NCBI GenBank assembly: GCA_964016885.1
Contig: OZ024758.1
Location: forward strand, 33,666,001-33,730,000
Direction of reading: 5' to 3'
DNA from: Eledone cirrhosa
Taxonomy: Eukaryota
DNA length: 64,000 nucleotides
Shown: piece after piece, positions 52,901 to 64,000 of the stretch
How positions within the stretch are numbered: the first letter of the stretch is position 1
Layout of the letters: the number at the start of each line of letters is the position of its first letter
Translations under genes and position numbers: made by a program
Notes under the pieces: model-generated
Database searches by the model: none
What the model was told of the DNA's origin: nothing
The model's input: the letters and a program-made list of their open reading frames with translations, nothing else

Positions 52901-55780
52901 ACTGTTGGTGAGAATTCATTTAAGTCATGGTATTAGCTGTCAGAAGTAACTCCATTGTTGGTGAGAATTCATTTAAGTCATGGTACTAGCTGTCAGAAGT
53001 AACTCCACTGTTGGTGAGAATTCATTTAAGTTCATGGTACTAGCTGTCAGAAGTAACTCCACTGTTGGTGAGAATTCATTTAAGTTCATGGTACTAGCTG
53101 TCAGAAGTAACTCCACTGTTGGTGAGAATTCATTTAAGTTCATGGTATTAGCTGTCAGAAGTCACTCCACTGTTGGTGAGAATTCATTTAAGTTCATGGT
53201 ACTAGCTGTCAGAAGTAACCCCAATGTTGGTGAGAATTCATTTAAGTTCATGGTATTAGCTGTCAGAAGTCACTCCAATGTTGGTGAGAATTCATTTAAG
53301 TTCATGGTATTAGCTGTCAGAAGTAACTCCACTGTTGGTGAGAATTCATTTAAGTTCATGGTATTAGCTGTCAGAAGTAACTCCACTGTTGGTGAGAATT
53401 CATTTAAGTTCATGGTATTAGTTGTCAGAAGTAACTCCACTGTTGGTGAGAATTCATTTAAGTCATGGTATTAGTTGTCAGAAGTAACTCCAATGTTGGT
53501 GAGAATTCATTTAAGTTCATGGTACTAGCTGTCAGAAGTAACTCCACTGTTGGTGAGAATTAATTTAAGTTCATGGTATTAGCTGTCAGAAGTAACTCCA
53601 CTGTTGGTGAGAATTCATTTAAGTCATGGTATTAGCTGTCAGAAGTAACTCCATTGTTGGTGAGAATTCATTTAAGTCATGGTACTAGCTGTCAGAAGTA
53701 ACTCCACTGTTGGTGAGAATTCATTTAAGTTCATGGTATTAGCTGTCAGAAGGAACTCCACTGTTGGTGAGAATTCATTTAAGTTCATGGTACTAGCTGT
53801 CAGAAGTAACTCCACTGTTGGTGAGAATTCATTTAAGTTCATGGTATTAGTTTGTCAGAAGTAACTCCACTGTTGGTGAGAATTCATTTAAGTTCATGGT
53901 ATTAGCTGTCAGAAGTAACTCCACTGTTGGTGAGAATTCATTTAAGTCATGGTATTAGCTGTCAGAAGTAACTCCATTGTTGGTGAGAATTCATTTAAGT
54001 CATGGTACTAGCTGTCAGAAGTAACTCCACTGTTGGAGAGAATTCATTTAAGTTCATGGTACTAGCTGTCAGAAGTAACTCCACTGTTGGTGAGAATTCA
54101 TTTAAGTTCATGGTATTAGCTGTCAGAAGTCACTCCACTGTTGGTGAGAATTCATTTAAGTTCATGGTATTAGCTGTCACAAGTAACTCCACTGTTGGTG
54201 AGAATTCATTTAAGTTCATGGTATCAGCTGTCAGAAGTAACTCCACTGTTGGTGAGAATTCATTTAAGTTCATGGTATTAGCTGTCAGAAGTAACTCCAC
54301 TGTTGGTGAGAATTCATTTAAGTTCATGGTATTAGCTGTCAGAAGGAACTCCAATGTTAGTGAGAATTCATTTAAGTCATGGTACTAGCTGTCAGAAGTA
54401 ACTCCACTGTTGGTGAGAATTCATTTAAGTTCATGGTATTAGCTGTCAGAAGGAACGCCACTGTTGGTGAGAATTCATTTAAGTTCATGGTATTAGCTGT
54501 CAGAAGTAACTCCACTGTTGGTGAGAATTCATTTAAGTTCATGGTACTAGCTGTCAGAAGTAACTCCAATGTTGGTGAGAATTCATTTAAGTTCATGGTA
54601 TTAGCTGTCAGAAGGAACTCCACTGTTGGTGAGAATTCATTTAAGTTCATGGTATTAGCTGTCAGAAGTAACTCCACTGTTGGTGAGAATTCATTTAAGT
54701 TCATGGTACTAGTTGTCAGAAGTAACTCCACTGTTGGTGAGAATTCATTTAAGTTCATGGTATTAGCTGTCAGAAGGAACGCCACTGTTGGTGAGAATTC
54801 ATTTAAGTTCATGGTATTAGCTGTCAGAAGTAACTCCACTGTTGGTGAGAATTCATTTAAGTTCATTTTACTAGCTGTCAGAAGTAACTCCAATGTTGGT
54901 GAGAATTCATTTAAGTTCATGGTATTAGCTGTCAGAAGGAACTCCACTGTTGGTGAGAATTCATTTAAGTTCATGGTATTAGCTGTCAGAAGTAACTCCA
55001 CTGTTGGTGAGAATTCATTTAAGTTCATGGTACTAGTTGTCAGAAGTAACTCCACTGTTGGTGAGAATTCATTTAAGTTCATGGTATTAGTTGTCAGAAG
55101 TAACTCCACTGTTGGTGAGAATTCATTTAAGTCATGGTATTAGTTGTCAGAAGTAACTCCAATGTTGGTGAGAATTCATTTAAGTTCATGGTACTAGCTG
55201 TCAGAAGTAACTCCACTGTTGGTGAGAATTCATTTAAGTTCATGGTATTAGCTGTCAGAAGGAACTCCACTGTTGGTGAGAATTCATTTAAGTCATGGTA
55301 TTAGCTGTCAGAAGTAACTCCATTGTTGGTGAGAATTCATTTAAGTCATGGTACTAGCTGTCAGAAGTAACTCCACTGTTGGTGAGAATTCATTTAAGTT
55401 CATGGTATTAGCTGCCAGAAGGAACTCCACTGTTGGTGAGAATTCATTTAAGTTCATGGTACTAGCTGTCAGAAGTAACTCCACTGTTGGTGAGAATTCA
55501 TTTAAGTTCATGGTATTAGTTTGTCAGAAGTAACTCCACTGTTGGTGAGAATTCATTTAAGTTCATGGTATTAGCTGTCAGAAGTAACTCCACTGTTGGT
55601 GAGAATTCATTTAAGTCATGGTATTAGCTGTCAGAAGTAACTCCATTGTTGGTGAGAATTCATTTAAGTCATGGTACTAGCTGTCAGAAGTAACTCCACT
55701 GTTGGTGAGAATTCATTTAAGTTCATGGTACTAGCTGTCAGAATTAACTCCACTGTTGGTGAGAATTCATTTAAGTTCAT
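41000..55780. repeat. ~5.2-kb higher-order unit in three successive copies (offsets 5214 and 5166)
   Basis: ORF starts 41087/46301/51467, 41505/46719/51885, 42600/47814/52980 and 43299/48513/53679; also 49206/54372 and 50505/55671. The 2-bp deletion marker gtgagttcat occurs once per copy. The first copy is internally rearranged after ~43650. Confidence 0.88.
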
Positions 55781-56399
55781 GGTACTAGCTGTCAGAATTA
55801 ACTCCACTGTTGGTGAGAATTCATTTAAGTTCATGGTATTAGCTGTCAGAAGTCACTCCACTGTTGGTGAGAATTCATTTAAGTTCATGGTACTAGCTGT
55901 CAGAAGTAACCCCAATGTTGGTGAGAATTCATTTAAGTTCATGGTATTAGCTGTCAGAAGTCACTCCAATGTTGGTGAGAATTCATTTAAGTTCATGGTA
56001 TTAGCTGTCAGAAGTAACTCCACTGTTGGTGAGAATTCATTTAAGTTCATGGTATTAGCTGTCAGAAGTAACTCCACTGTTGGTGAGAATTCATTTAAGT
56101 TCATGGTATTAGCTGTCAGAAGTAACTCCACTGTTGGTGAGAATTCATTTAAGTTCATGGTATTAGCTGTCAGAAGGAACTCCAATGTTGGTGAGAATTC
56201 ATTTAAGTCATGGTACTAGCTGTCAGAAGTAACTCCAATGTTGGTGAGAATTCATTTAAGTTCATGGTACTAGCTGTCAGAAGTAACTCCACTGTTGGTG
56301 AGAATTCATTTAAGTTCATGGTATTAGCTGTCAGAAGTAACTCCACTGTTGGTGAGAATTCATTTAAGTCATGGTATTAGCTGTCAGAAGTAACTCCAT

Positions 56400-59300
56400 T
56401 GTTGGTGAGAATTCATTTAAGTCATGGTACTAGCTGTCAGAAGTAACTCCACTGTTGGTGTGAATTCATTTAAGTTCATGGTATTAGCTGACAGAAGGAA
56501 CTCCACTGTTGGTGAGAATTCATTTAAGTTCATGGTACTAGCTGTCAGAAGTAACTCCACTGTTGGTGAGAATTCATTTAAGTTCATGGTATTACTTTGT
56601 CAGAAGTAACTCCACTGTTGGTGAGAATTCATTTAAGTCATGGTATTAGTTGTCAGAAGTAACTCCAATGTTGGTGAGAATTCATTTAAGTCATGGTACT
56701 AGCTGTCAGAAGTAAGTCCAATGTTGGTGAGAATTCATTTAAGTTCATGGTATTAGCTGTCATAAGGAACTCCACTGTTGGTGAGAATTCATTTAAGTTC
56801 ATGGTATTAGCTGTCAGAAGTAACTCCACTGTTGGTGAGAATTCATTTAAGTTCATGGTACTAGCTGTCAGAAGTAACTACAATGTTGGTGAGAATTCAT
56901 TTAAGTTCATGGTATTAGCTGTCAGAAGCAACTCCACTGTTGGTGAGAATTCATTTAAGTCATGGTATTAGCTGTCAGAAGTAACTCCAATGTTGGTGAG
57001 AATTCATTTAAGTTCATGGTATTAGCTGTCAGACGTAACTCCACTGTTGGTGAGAATTCATTTAAGTTCATGGTATTAGCTGTCAGAAGTAACTCCAATG
57101 TTGGTGAGAATTCATTTATGTCATGGTATTAGTTGTCAGAAGTAACTCCAATGTTGGTGAGAATTCATTTAAGTTCATGGTACTAGCTGTCAGAAGTAAC
57201 TCCACTGTTGGTGAGAATTCATTTAAGTTCATGGTATTAGCTGTCAGAAGTAACTCCACTGTTGGTGAGAATTCATTTAAGTCATGGTATTAGCTGTCAG
57301 AAGTGACTCCATTGTTGGTGAGAATTCATTTAAGTCATGGTACTAGCTGTCAGAAGTAACTCCACTGTTGGTGAGAATTCATTTAAGTTCATGGTATTAG
57401 CTGTCAGAAGGAACTCCAATGTTGGTGAGAATTCATTTAAGTTCATGGTACTAGCTGTCAGAAGTAACTCCACTGTTGGTGAGAATTCATTTAAGTCATG
57501 GTATTAGCTGTCAGAAGTGACTCCATTGTTGGTGAGAATTCATTTAAGTCATGGTACTAGCTGTCAGAAGTAACTCCACTGTTGGTGAGAATTCATTTAA
57601 GTTCATGGTATTAGCTGTCAGAAGGAACTCCAATGTTGGTGAGAATTCATTTAAGTTCATGGTACTAGCTGTCAGAAGTAACTCCACTGTTGGTGAGAAT
57701 TCATTTAAGTTCATGGTATTAGTTTGTCAGAAGTAACTCCACTGTTGGTGAGAATTCATTTAAGTTCATGGTATTAGTTGTCAGAAGTAACTCCACTGTT
57801 GGTGAGAATTCATTTAAGTTCATGGTATTAGCTGTCAGAAGTAACTCCACTGTTGGTGAGAATTCATTTAAGTTCATGGTATTAGCTGTCAGAAGGAACT
57901 CCAATGTTGGTGAGAATTCATTTAAGTCATGGTACTAGCTGTCAGAAGTAACTCCACTGTTGGTGAGAATTCATTTAAGTTCATGGTATTAGCTGTCAGA
58001 AGGAACGCCACTGTTTGTGAGAATTCATTTAAGTTCATGGTATTAGCTGTCAGAAGTAACTCCACTGTTGGTGAGAATTCATTTAAGTTCATGGTACTAG
58101 CTGTCAGAAGTCACTCCAATGTTGGTGAGAATTCATTTAAGTTCATGGTATTAGCTGTCAGAAGTAACTCCACTGTTGGTGAGAATTCATTTAAGTTCAT
58201 GGTATTAGCTGTCAGAAGTAACTCCACTGTTGGTGAGAATTCATTTAAGTTCATGGTATTAGCTGTCAGAAGTAACTCCACTGTTGGTGAGAATTCATTT
58301 AAGTTCATGGTATTAGCTGTCAGAAGGAACTCCAATGTTGGTGAGAATTCATTTAAGTCATGGTACTAGCTGTCAGAAGTAACTCCAATGTTGGTGAGAA
58401 TTCATTTAAGTTCATGGTACTAGCTGTCAGAAGTAACTCCACTGTTGGTGAGAATTCATTTAAGTTCATGGTATTAGCTGTCAGAAGTAACTCCACTGTT
58501 GGTGAGAATTCATTTAAGTCATGGTATTAGCTGTCAGAAGTAACTCCATTGTTGGTGAGAATTCACTTAAGTCATGGTACTAGCTGTCAGAAGTAACTCC
58601 ACTGTTGGTGTGAATTCATTTAAGTTCATGGTATTAGCTGACAGAAGGAACTCCACTGTTGGTGAGAATTCATTTAAGTTCATGGTACTAGCTGTCAGAA
58701 GTAACTCCACTGTTGGTGAGAATTCATTTAAGTTCATGGTATTACTTTGTCAGAAGTAACTCCACTGTTGGTGAGAATTCATTTAAGTCATGGTATTAGT
58801 TGTCAGAAGTAACTCCAATGTTGGTGAGAATTCATTTAAGTCATGGTACTAGCTGTCAGAAGTAAGTCCAATGTTGGTGAGAATTCATTTAAGTTCATGG
58901 TATTAGCTGTCATAAGGAACTCCACTGTTGGTGAGAATTCATTTAAGTTCATGGTATTAGCTGTCAGAAGTAACTCCACTGTTGGTGAGAATTCATTTAA
59001 GTTCATGGTACTAGCTGTCAGAAGTAACTACAATGTTGGTGAGAATTCATTTAAGTTCATGGTATTAGCTGTCAGAAGTAACTCCACTGTTGGTGAGAAT
59101 TCATTTAAGTCATGGTATTAGCTGTCAGAAGTAACTCCAATGTTGGTGAGAATTCATTTAAGTTCATGGTATTAGCTGTCAGAAGTAACTCCACTGTTGG
59201 TGAGAATTCATTTAAGTTCATGGTATTAGCTGTCAGAAGTAACTCCAATGTTGGTGAGAATTCATTTATGTCATGGTATTAGTTGTCAGAAGTAACTCCA

Positions 59301-62300
59301 ATGTTGGTGAGAATTCATTTAAGTTCATGGTACTAGCTGTCAGAAGTAACTCCACTGTTGGTGAGAATTCATTTAAGTTCATGGTATTAGCTGTCAGAAG
59401 TAACTCCACTGTTGGTGAGAATTCATTTAAGTCATGGTATTAGCTGTCAGAAGTGACTCCATTGTTGGTGAGAATTCATTTAAGTCATGGTACTAGCTGT
59501 CAGAAGTAACTCCACTGTTGGTGAGAATTCATTTAAGTTCATGGTATTAGCTGTCAGAAGGAACTCCAATGTTGGTGAGAATTCATTTAAGTTCATGGTA
59601 CTAGCTGTCAGAAGTAACTCCACTGTTGGTGAGAATTCATTTAAGTCATGGTATTAGCTGTCAGAAGTGACTCCATTGTTGGTGAGAATTCATTTAAGTC
59701 ATGGTACTAGCTGTCAGAAGTAACTCCACTGTTGGTGAGAATTCATTTAAGTTCATGGTATTAGCTGTCAGAAGGAACTCCAATGTTGGTGAGAATTCAT
59801 TTAAGTTCATGGTATTAGTTTGTCAGAAGTAACTCCACTGTTGGTGAGAATTCATTTAAGTTCATGGTATTAGCTGTCAGAAGTAACTCCACTGTTGGTG
59901 AGAATTCATTTAAGTTCATGGTATTAGCTGTCAGAAGTAACTCCACTGTTGGTGAGAATTCATTTAAGTTCATGGTATTAGCTGTCAGAAGGAACTCCAA
60001 TGTTGGTGAGAATTCATTTAAGTCATGGTACTAGCTGTCAGAAGTAACTCCACTGTTGGTGAGAATTCATTTAAGTTCATGGTATTAGCTGTCAGAAGGA
60101 ACGCCACTGTTTGTGAGAATTCATTTAAGTTCATGGTATTAGCTGTCAGAAGTAACTCCACTGTTGGTGAGAATTCATTTAAGTTCATGGTACTAGCTGT
60201 CAGAAGTAACTCCAATGTTGGTGAGAATTCATTTAAGTTCATGGTATTAGCGGTCAGAAGGAACTCCACTGTTGGTGAGAATTCATTTAAGTTCATGGTA
60301 TTAGCTGTCAGAAGGAACTCCACTGTTGGTGAGAATTCATTTAAGTTCATGGTATTAGCTGTCAGAAGTCACTCCACTGTTGGTGAGAATTCATTTAAGT
60401 TCATGGTACTAGCTGTCAGAAGTAACCCCAATGTTGGTGAGAATTCATTTAAGTTCATGGTATTAGCTGTCAGAAGTCACTCCAATGTTGGTGAGAATTC
60501 ATTTAAGTTCATGGTATTAGCTGTCAGAAGTAACTCCACTGTTGGTGAGAATTCATTTAAGTTCATGGTATTAGCTGTCAGAAGTAACTCCACTGTTGGT
60601 GAGAATTCATTTAAGTTCATGGTATTAGTTGTCACAAGTAACTCCACTGTTGGTGAGAATTCATTTAAGTTCATGGTACTAGCTGTCAGAAGTAACTCCA
60701 CTGTTGGTGAGAATTCATTTAAGTTCATGGTATTAGCTGTCAGAAGTAACTCCACTGTTGGTGAGAATTCATTTAAGTCATGGTATTAGCTGTCAGAAGT
60801 AACTCCATTGTTGGTGAGAATTCATTTATGTCATGGTACTAGCTGTCAGAAGTAACTCCACTGTTGGTGAGAATTCATTTAAGTTCATGGTATTAGCTGT
60901 CAGAAGGAACTCCACTGTTGGTGAGAATTCATTTAAGTTCATGGTACTAGCTGTCAGAAGGAACTCCAATGTTGGTGAGAATTCATTTAAGTTCATGGTA
61001 TTAGCTGTCAGAAGTAACTCCAATGTTGGTGAGAATTCATTTATGTCATGGTATTAGTTGTCAGAAGTAACTCCAATGTTGGTGAGAATTCATTTAAGTT
61101 CATGGTACTAGCTGTCAGAAGTAACTCCACTGTTGGTGAGAATTCATTTAAGTTCATGGTATTAGCTGTCAGAAGTAACTCCACTGTTGGTGAGAATTCA
61201 TTTAAGTCATGGTATTAGCTGTCAGAAGTGACTCCATTGTTGGTGAGAATTCATTTAAGTCATGGTACTAGCTGTCAGAAGTAACTCCACTGTTGGTGAG
61301 AATTCATTTAAGTTCATGGTATTAGCTGTCAGAAGGAACTCCAATGTTGGTGAGAATTCATTTAAGTTCATGGTACTAGCTGTCAGAAGTAACTCCACTG
61401 TTGGTGAGAATTCATTTAAGTCATGGTATTAGCTGTCAGAAGTGACTCCATTGTTGGTGAGAATTCATTTAAGTCATGGTACTAGCTGTCAGAAGTAACT
61501 CCACTGTTGGTGAGAATTCATTTAAGTTCATGGTATTAGTTGTCAGAAGGAACTCCAATGTTGGTGAGAATTCATTTAAGTTCATGGTACTAGCTGTCAG
61601 AAGTAACTCCACTGTTGGTGAGAATTCATTTAAGTTCATGGTATTAGTTTGTCAGAAGTAACTCCACTGTTGGTGAGAATTCATTTAAGTTCATGGTATT
61701 AGCTGTCAGAAGTAACTCCACTGTTGGTGAGAATTCATTTAAGTTCATGGTATTAGCTGTCAGAAGTAACTCCACTGTTGGTGAGAATTCATTTAAGTTC
61801 ATGGTATTAGCTGTCAGAAGGAACTCCAATGTTGGTGAGAATTCATTTAAGTCATGGTACTAGCTGTCAGAAGTAACTCCACTGTTGGTGAGAATTCATT
61901 TAAGTTCATGGTATTAGCTGTCAGAAGGAACGCCACTGTTTGTGAGAATTCATTTAAGTTCATGGTATTAGCTGTCAGAAGTAACTCCACTGTTGGTGAG
62001 AATTCATTTAAGTTCATGGTACTAGCTGTCAGAAGTCACTCCAATGTTGGTGAGAATTCATTTAAGTTCATGGTATTAGCTGTCAGAAGTAACTCCACTG
62101 TTGGTGAGAATTCATTTAAGTTCATGGTATTAGCTGTCAGAAGTAACTCCACTGTTGGTGAGAATTCATTTAAGTCATGGTATTAGCTGTCAGAAGTAAC
62201 TCCATTGTTGGTGAGAATTCATTTAAGTCATGGTACTAGCTGTCAGAAATAACTCCACTGTTGGTGTGAATTCATTTAAGTTCATGGTATTAGCTGACAG

Positions 62301-64000
62301 AAGGAACTCCACTGTTGGTGAGAATTCATTTAAGTTCATGGTACTAGCTGTCAGAAGTAACTCCACTGTTGGTGAGAATTCATTTAAGTTCATGGTATTA
62401 CTTTGTCAGAAGTAACTCCACTGTTGGTGAGAATTCATTTAAGTCATGGTATTAGTTGTCAGAAGTAACTCCAATGTTGGTGAGAATTCATTTAAGTCAT
62501 GGTACTAGCTGTCAGAAGTAAGTCCAATGTTGGTGAGAATTCATTTAAGTTCATGGTATTAGCTGTCATAAGGAACTCCACTGTTGGTGAGAATTCATTT
62601 AAGTTCATGGTATTAGCTGTCAGAAGTAACTCCACTGTTGGTGAGAATTCATTTAAGTTCATGGTACTAGCTGTCAGAAGTAACTACAATGTTGGTGAGA
62701 ATTCATTTAAGTTCATGGTATTAGCTGTCAGAAGCAACTCCACTGTTGGTGAGAATTCATTTAAGTCATGCTATTAGCTGTCAGAAGTAACTCCAATGTT
62801 GGTGAGAATTCATTTAAGTTCATGGTATTAGCTGTCAGAAGTAACTCCACTGTTGGTGAGAATTCATTTAAGTTCATGGTATTAGCTGTCAGAAGTAACT
62901 CCAATGTTGGTGAGAATTCATTTATGTCATGGTATTAGTTGTCAGAAGTAACTCCAATGTTGGTGAGAATTCATTTAAGTTCATGGTACTAGCTGTCAGA
63001 AGTAACTCCACTGTTGGTGAGAATTCATTTAAGTTCATGGTATTAGCTGTCAGAAGTAACTCCACTGTTGGTGAGAATTCATTTAAGTCATGGTATTAGC
63101 TGTCAGAAGTGACTCCATTGTTGGTGAGAATTCATTTAAGTCATGGTACTAGCTGTCAGAAGTAACTCCACTGTTGGTGAGAATTCATTTAAGTTCATGG
63201 TATTAGCTGTCAGAAGGAACTCCAATGTTGGTGAGAATTCATTTAAGTTCATGGTACTAGCTGTCAGAAGTAACTCCACTGTTGGTGAGAATTCATTTAA
63301 GTCATGGTATTAGCTGTCAGAAGTGACTCCATTGTTGGTGAGAATTCATTTAAGTCATGGTACTAGCTGTCAGAAGTAACTCCACTGTTGGTGAGAATTC
63401 ATTTAAGTTCATGGTATTAGCTGTCAGAAGGAACTCCAATGTTGGTGAGAATTCATTTAAGTTCATGGTACTAGCTGTCAGAAGTAACTCCACTGTTGGT
63501 GAGAATTCATTTAAGTTCATGGTATTAGTTTGTCAGAAGTAACTCCACTGTTGGTGAGAATTCATTTAAGTTCATGGTATTAGCTGTCAGAAGTAACTCC
63601 ACTGTTGGTGAGAATTCATTTAAGTTCATGGTATTAGCTGTCAGAAGTAACTCCACTGTTGGTGAGAATTCATTTAAGTTCATGGTATTAGCTGTCAGAA
63701 GGAACTCCAATGTTTGTGAGAATTCATTTAAGTCATGGTACTAGCTGTCAGAAGTAACTCCACTGTTGGTGAGAATTCATTTAAGTTCATGGTATTAGCT
63801 GTCAGAAGGAACGCCACTGTTTGTGAGAATTCATTTAAGTTCATGGTATTAGCTGTCAGAAGTAACTCCACTGTTGGTGAGAATTCATTTAAGTTCATGG
63901 TACTAGCTGTCAGAAGTAACTCCAATGTTGGTGAGAATTCATTTAAGTTCATGGTATTAGCGGTCAGAAGGAACTCCACTGTTGGTGAGAATTCATTTAA
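56400..64000. repeat. Distinct sub-array with ~1.8-2.2 kb higher-order units and private variants
   Basis: The marker cluster ggtgtgaatt, gctgacag, attactttg, agtaagtcc, gtcataagg, aactacaat occurs at ORFs 56424, 58574 and 62230. agtgactcc doublets occur at 57302/57516, 59452/59666, 61227/61441 and 63108/63322. Confidence 0.88.

Larger units (their letters stand above)
1..64000. repeat. Tandem satellite array of a 54-bp monomer (~1,190 copies; length variants of 52, 53, 55 and 57 bp)
   Basis: The consensus recurs head-to-tail from base 1 to 64000, usually with 0-3 differences per copy. Common variants: gtaTtag/gtaCtag, agCtg/agTtg, aagTaac/aagGaac, ccaCt/ccaAt/ccaTt, aagTTc/aagTc (-1), tagTTtg (+1). 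Copy number is 64000 divided by ~53.8. Confidence 0.99.

Noticed and set aside
202-63979. All ORFs in the track (MVLAVRSNSTVGENSFKF repeats on +, MNLNEFSPTVELLLTANT repeats on -), up to 254 aa
   Set aside because: 54 is divisible by 3, and two of six frames being stop-free over 18 codons is about what chance gives at this composition. Frames are broken every few monomers (at most about 14) by -1/+1 indels, and nonsense variants are propagated (TAG ~26003, TAA ~27678). There is no unique N- or C-terminal domain.
1-64000. CRISPR array
   Set aside because: There are no unique spacers: the whole 54-bp unit repeats. No leader or cas genes are present.
1-64000. Array of tRNA, 5S, spliced-leader or other small RNA genes, or a telomeric repeat
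   Set aside because: No cloverleaf, recognisable RNA family motif or extended stem is present, only short dyads (GAATTC, CTG-T-CAG, CATG, AGCT, TTAA). There is no G-rich telomere-type unit. Transcription cannot be excluded from sequence alone.
1-64000. Pure artefact (rolling-circle concatemer, synthetic construct or assembler loop)
   Set aside because: Nested duplications with shared derived and private variants, plus domain-restricted markers, indicate descent with mutation. Local mis-assembly of individual blocks remains possible.
1-64000. Variant order as a programmed code or diversity-generating cassette system
   Set aside because: The patterns are explained by duplication and recombination. 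No recombinase, reverse transcriptase, expression site or target gene is present in the window.

Overview
The whole 64 kb window is one uninterrupted, head-to-tail tandem array (satellite DNA) of a 54-bp monomer, consensus ATGGTA[T/C]TAGCTGTCAGAAGTAACTCCACTGTTGGTGAGAATTCATTTAAGTTC (20/54 G+C, one EcoRI site per unit), about 1,190 copies, all in one orientation and running off both edges. I found no gene, RNA gene, CRISPR array, transposon or unique sequence. Every ORF in the track is a translation of the monomer. The information lies in the variant pattern: a cryptic 3-monomer (162-bp) register, nested duplications with offsets from 214 bp to about 15.5 kb, and three spatial domains with their own diagnostic variants. 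This organisation resembles eukaryotic centromeric or heterochromatic satellite, but organism, family and function cannot be assigned from the sequence. I cannot support a claim of a new gene system. Block boundaries were read by eye and from ORF-track offsets and are good to about one or two monomers.
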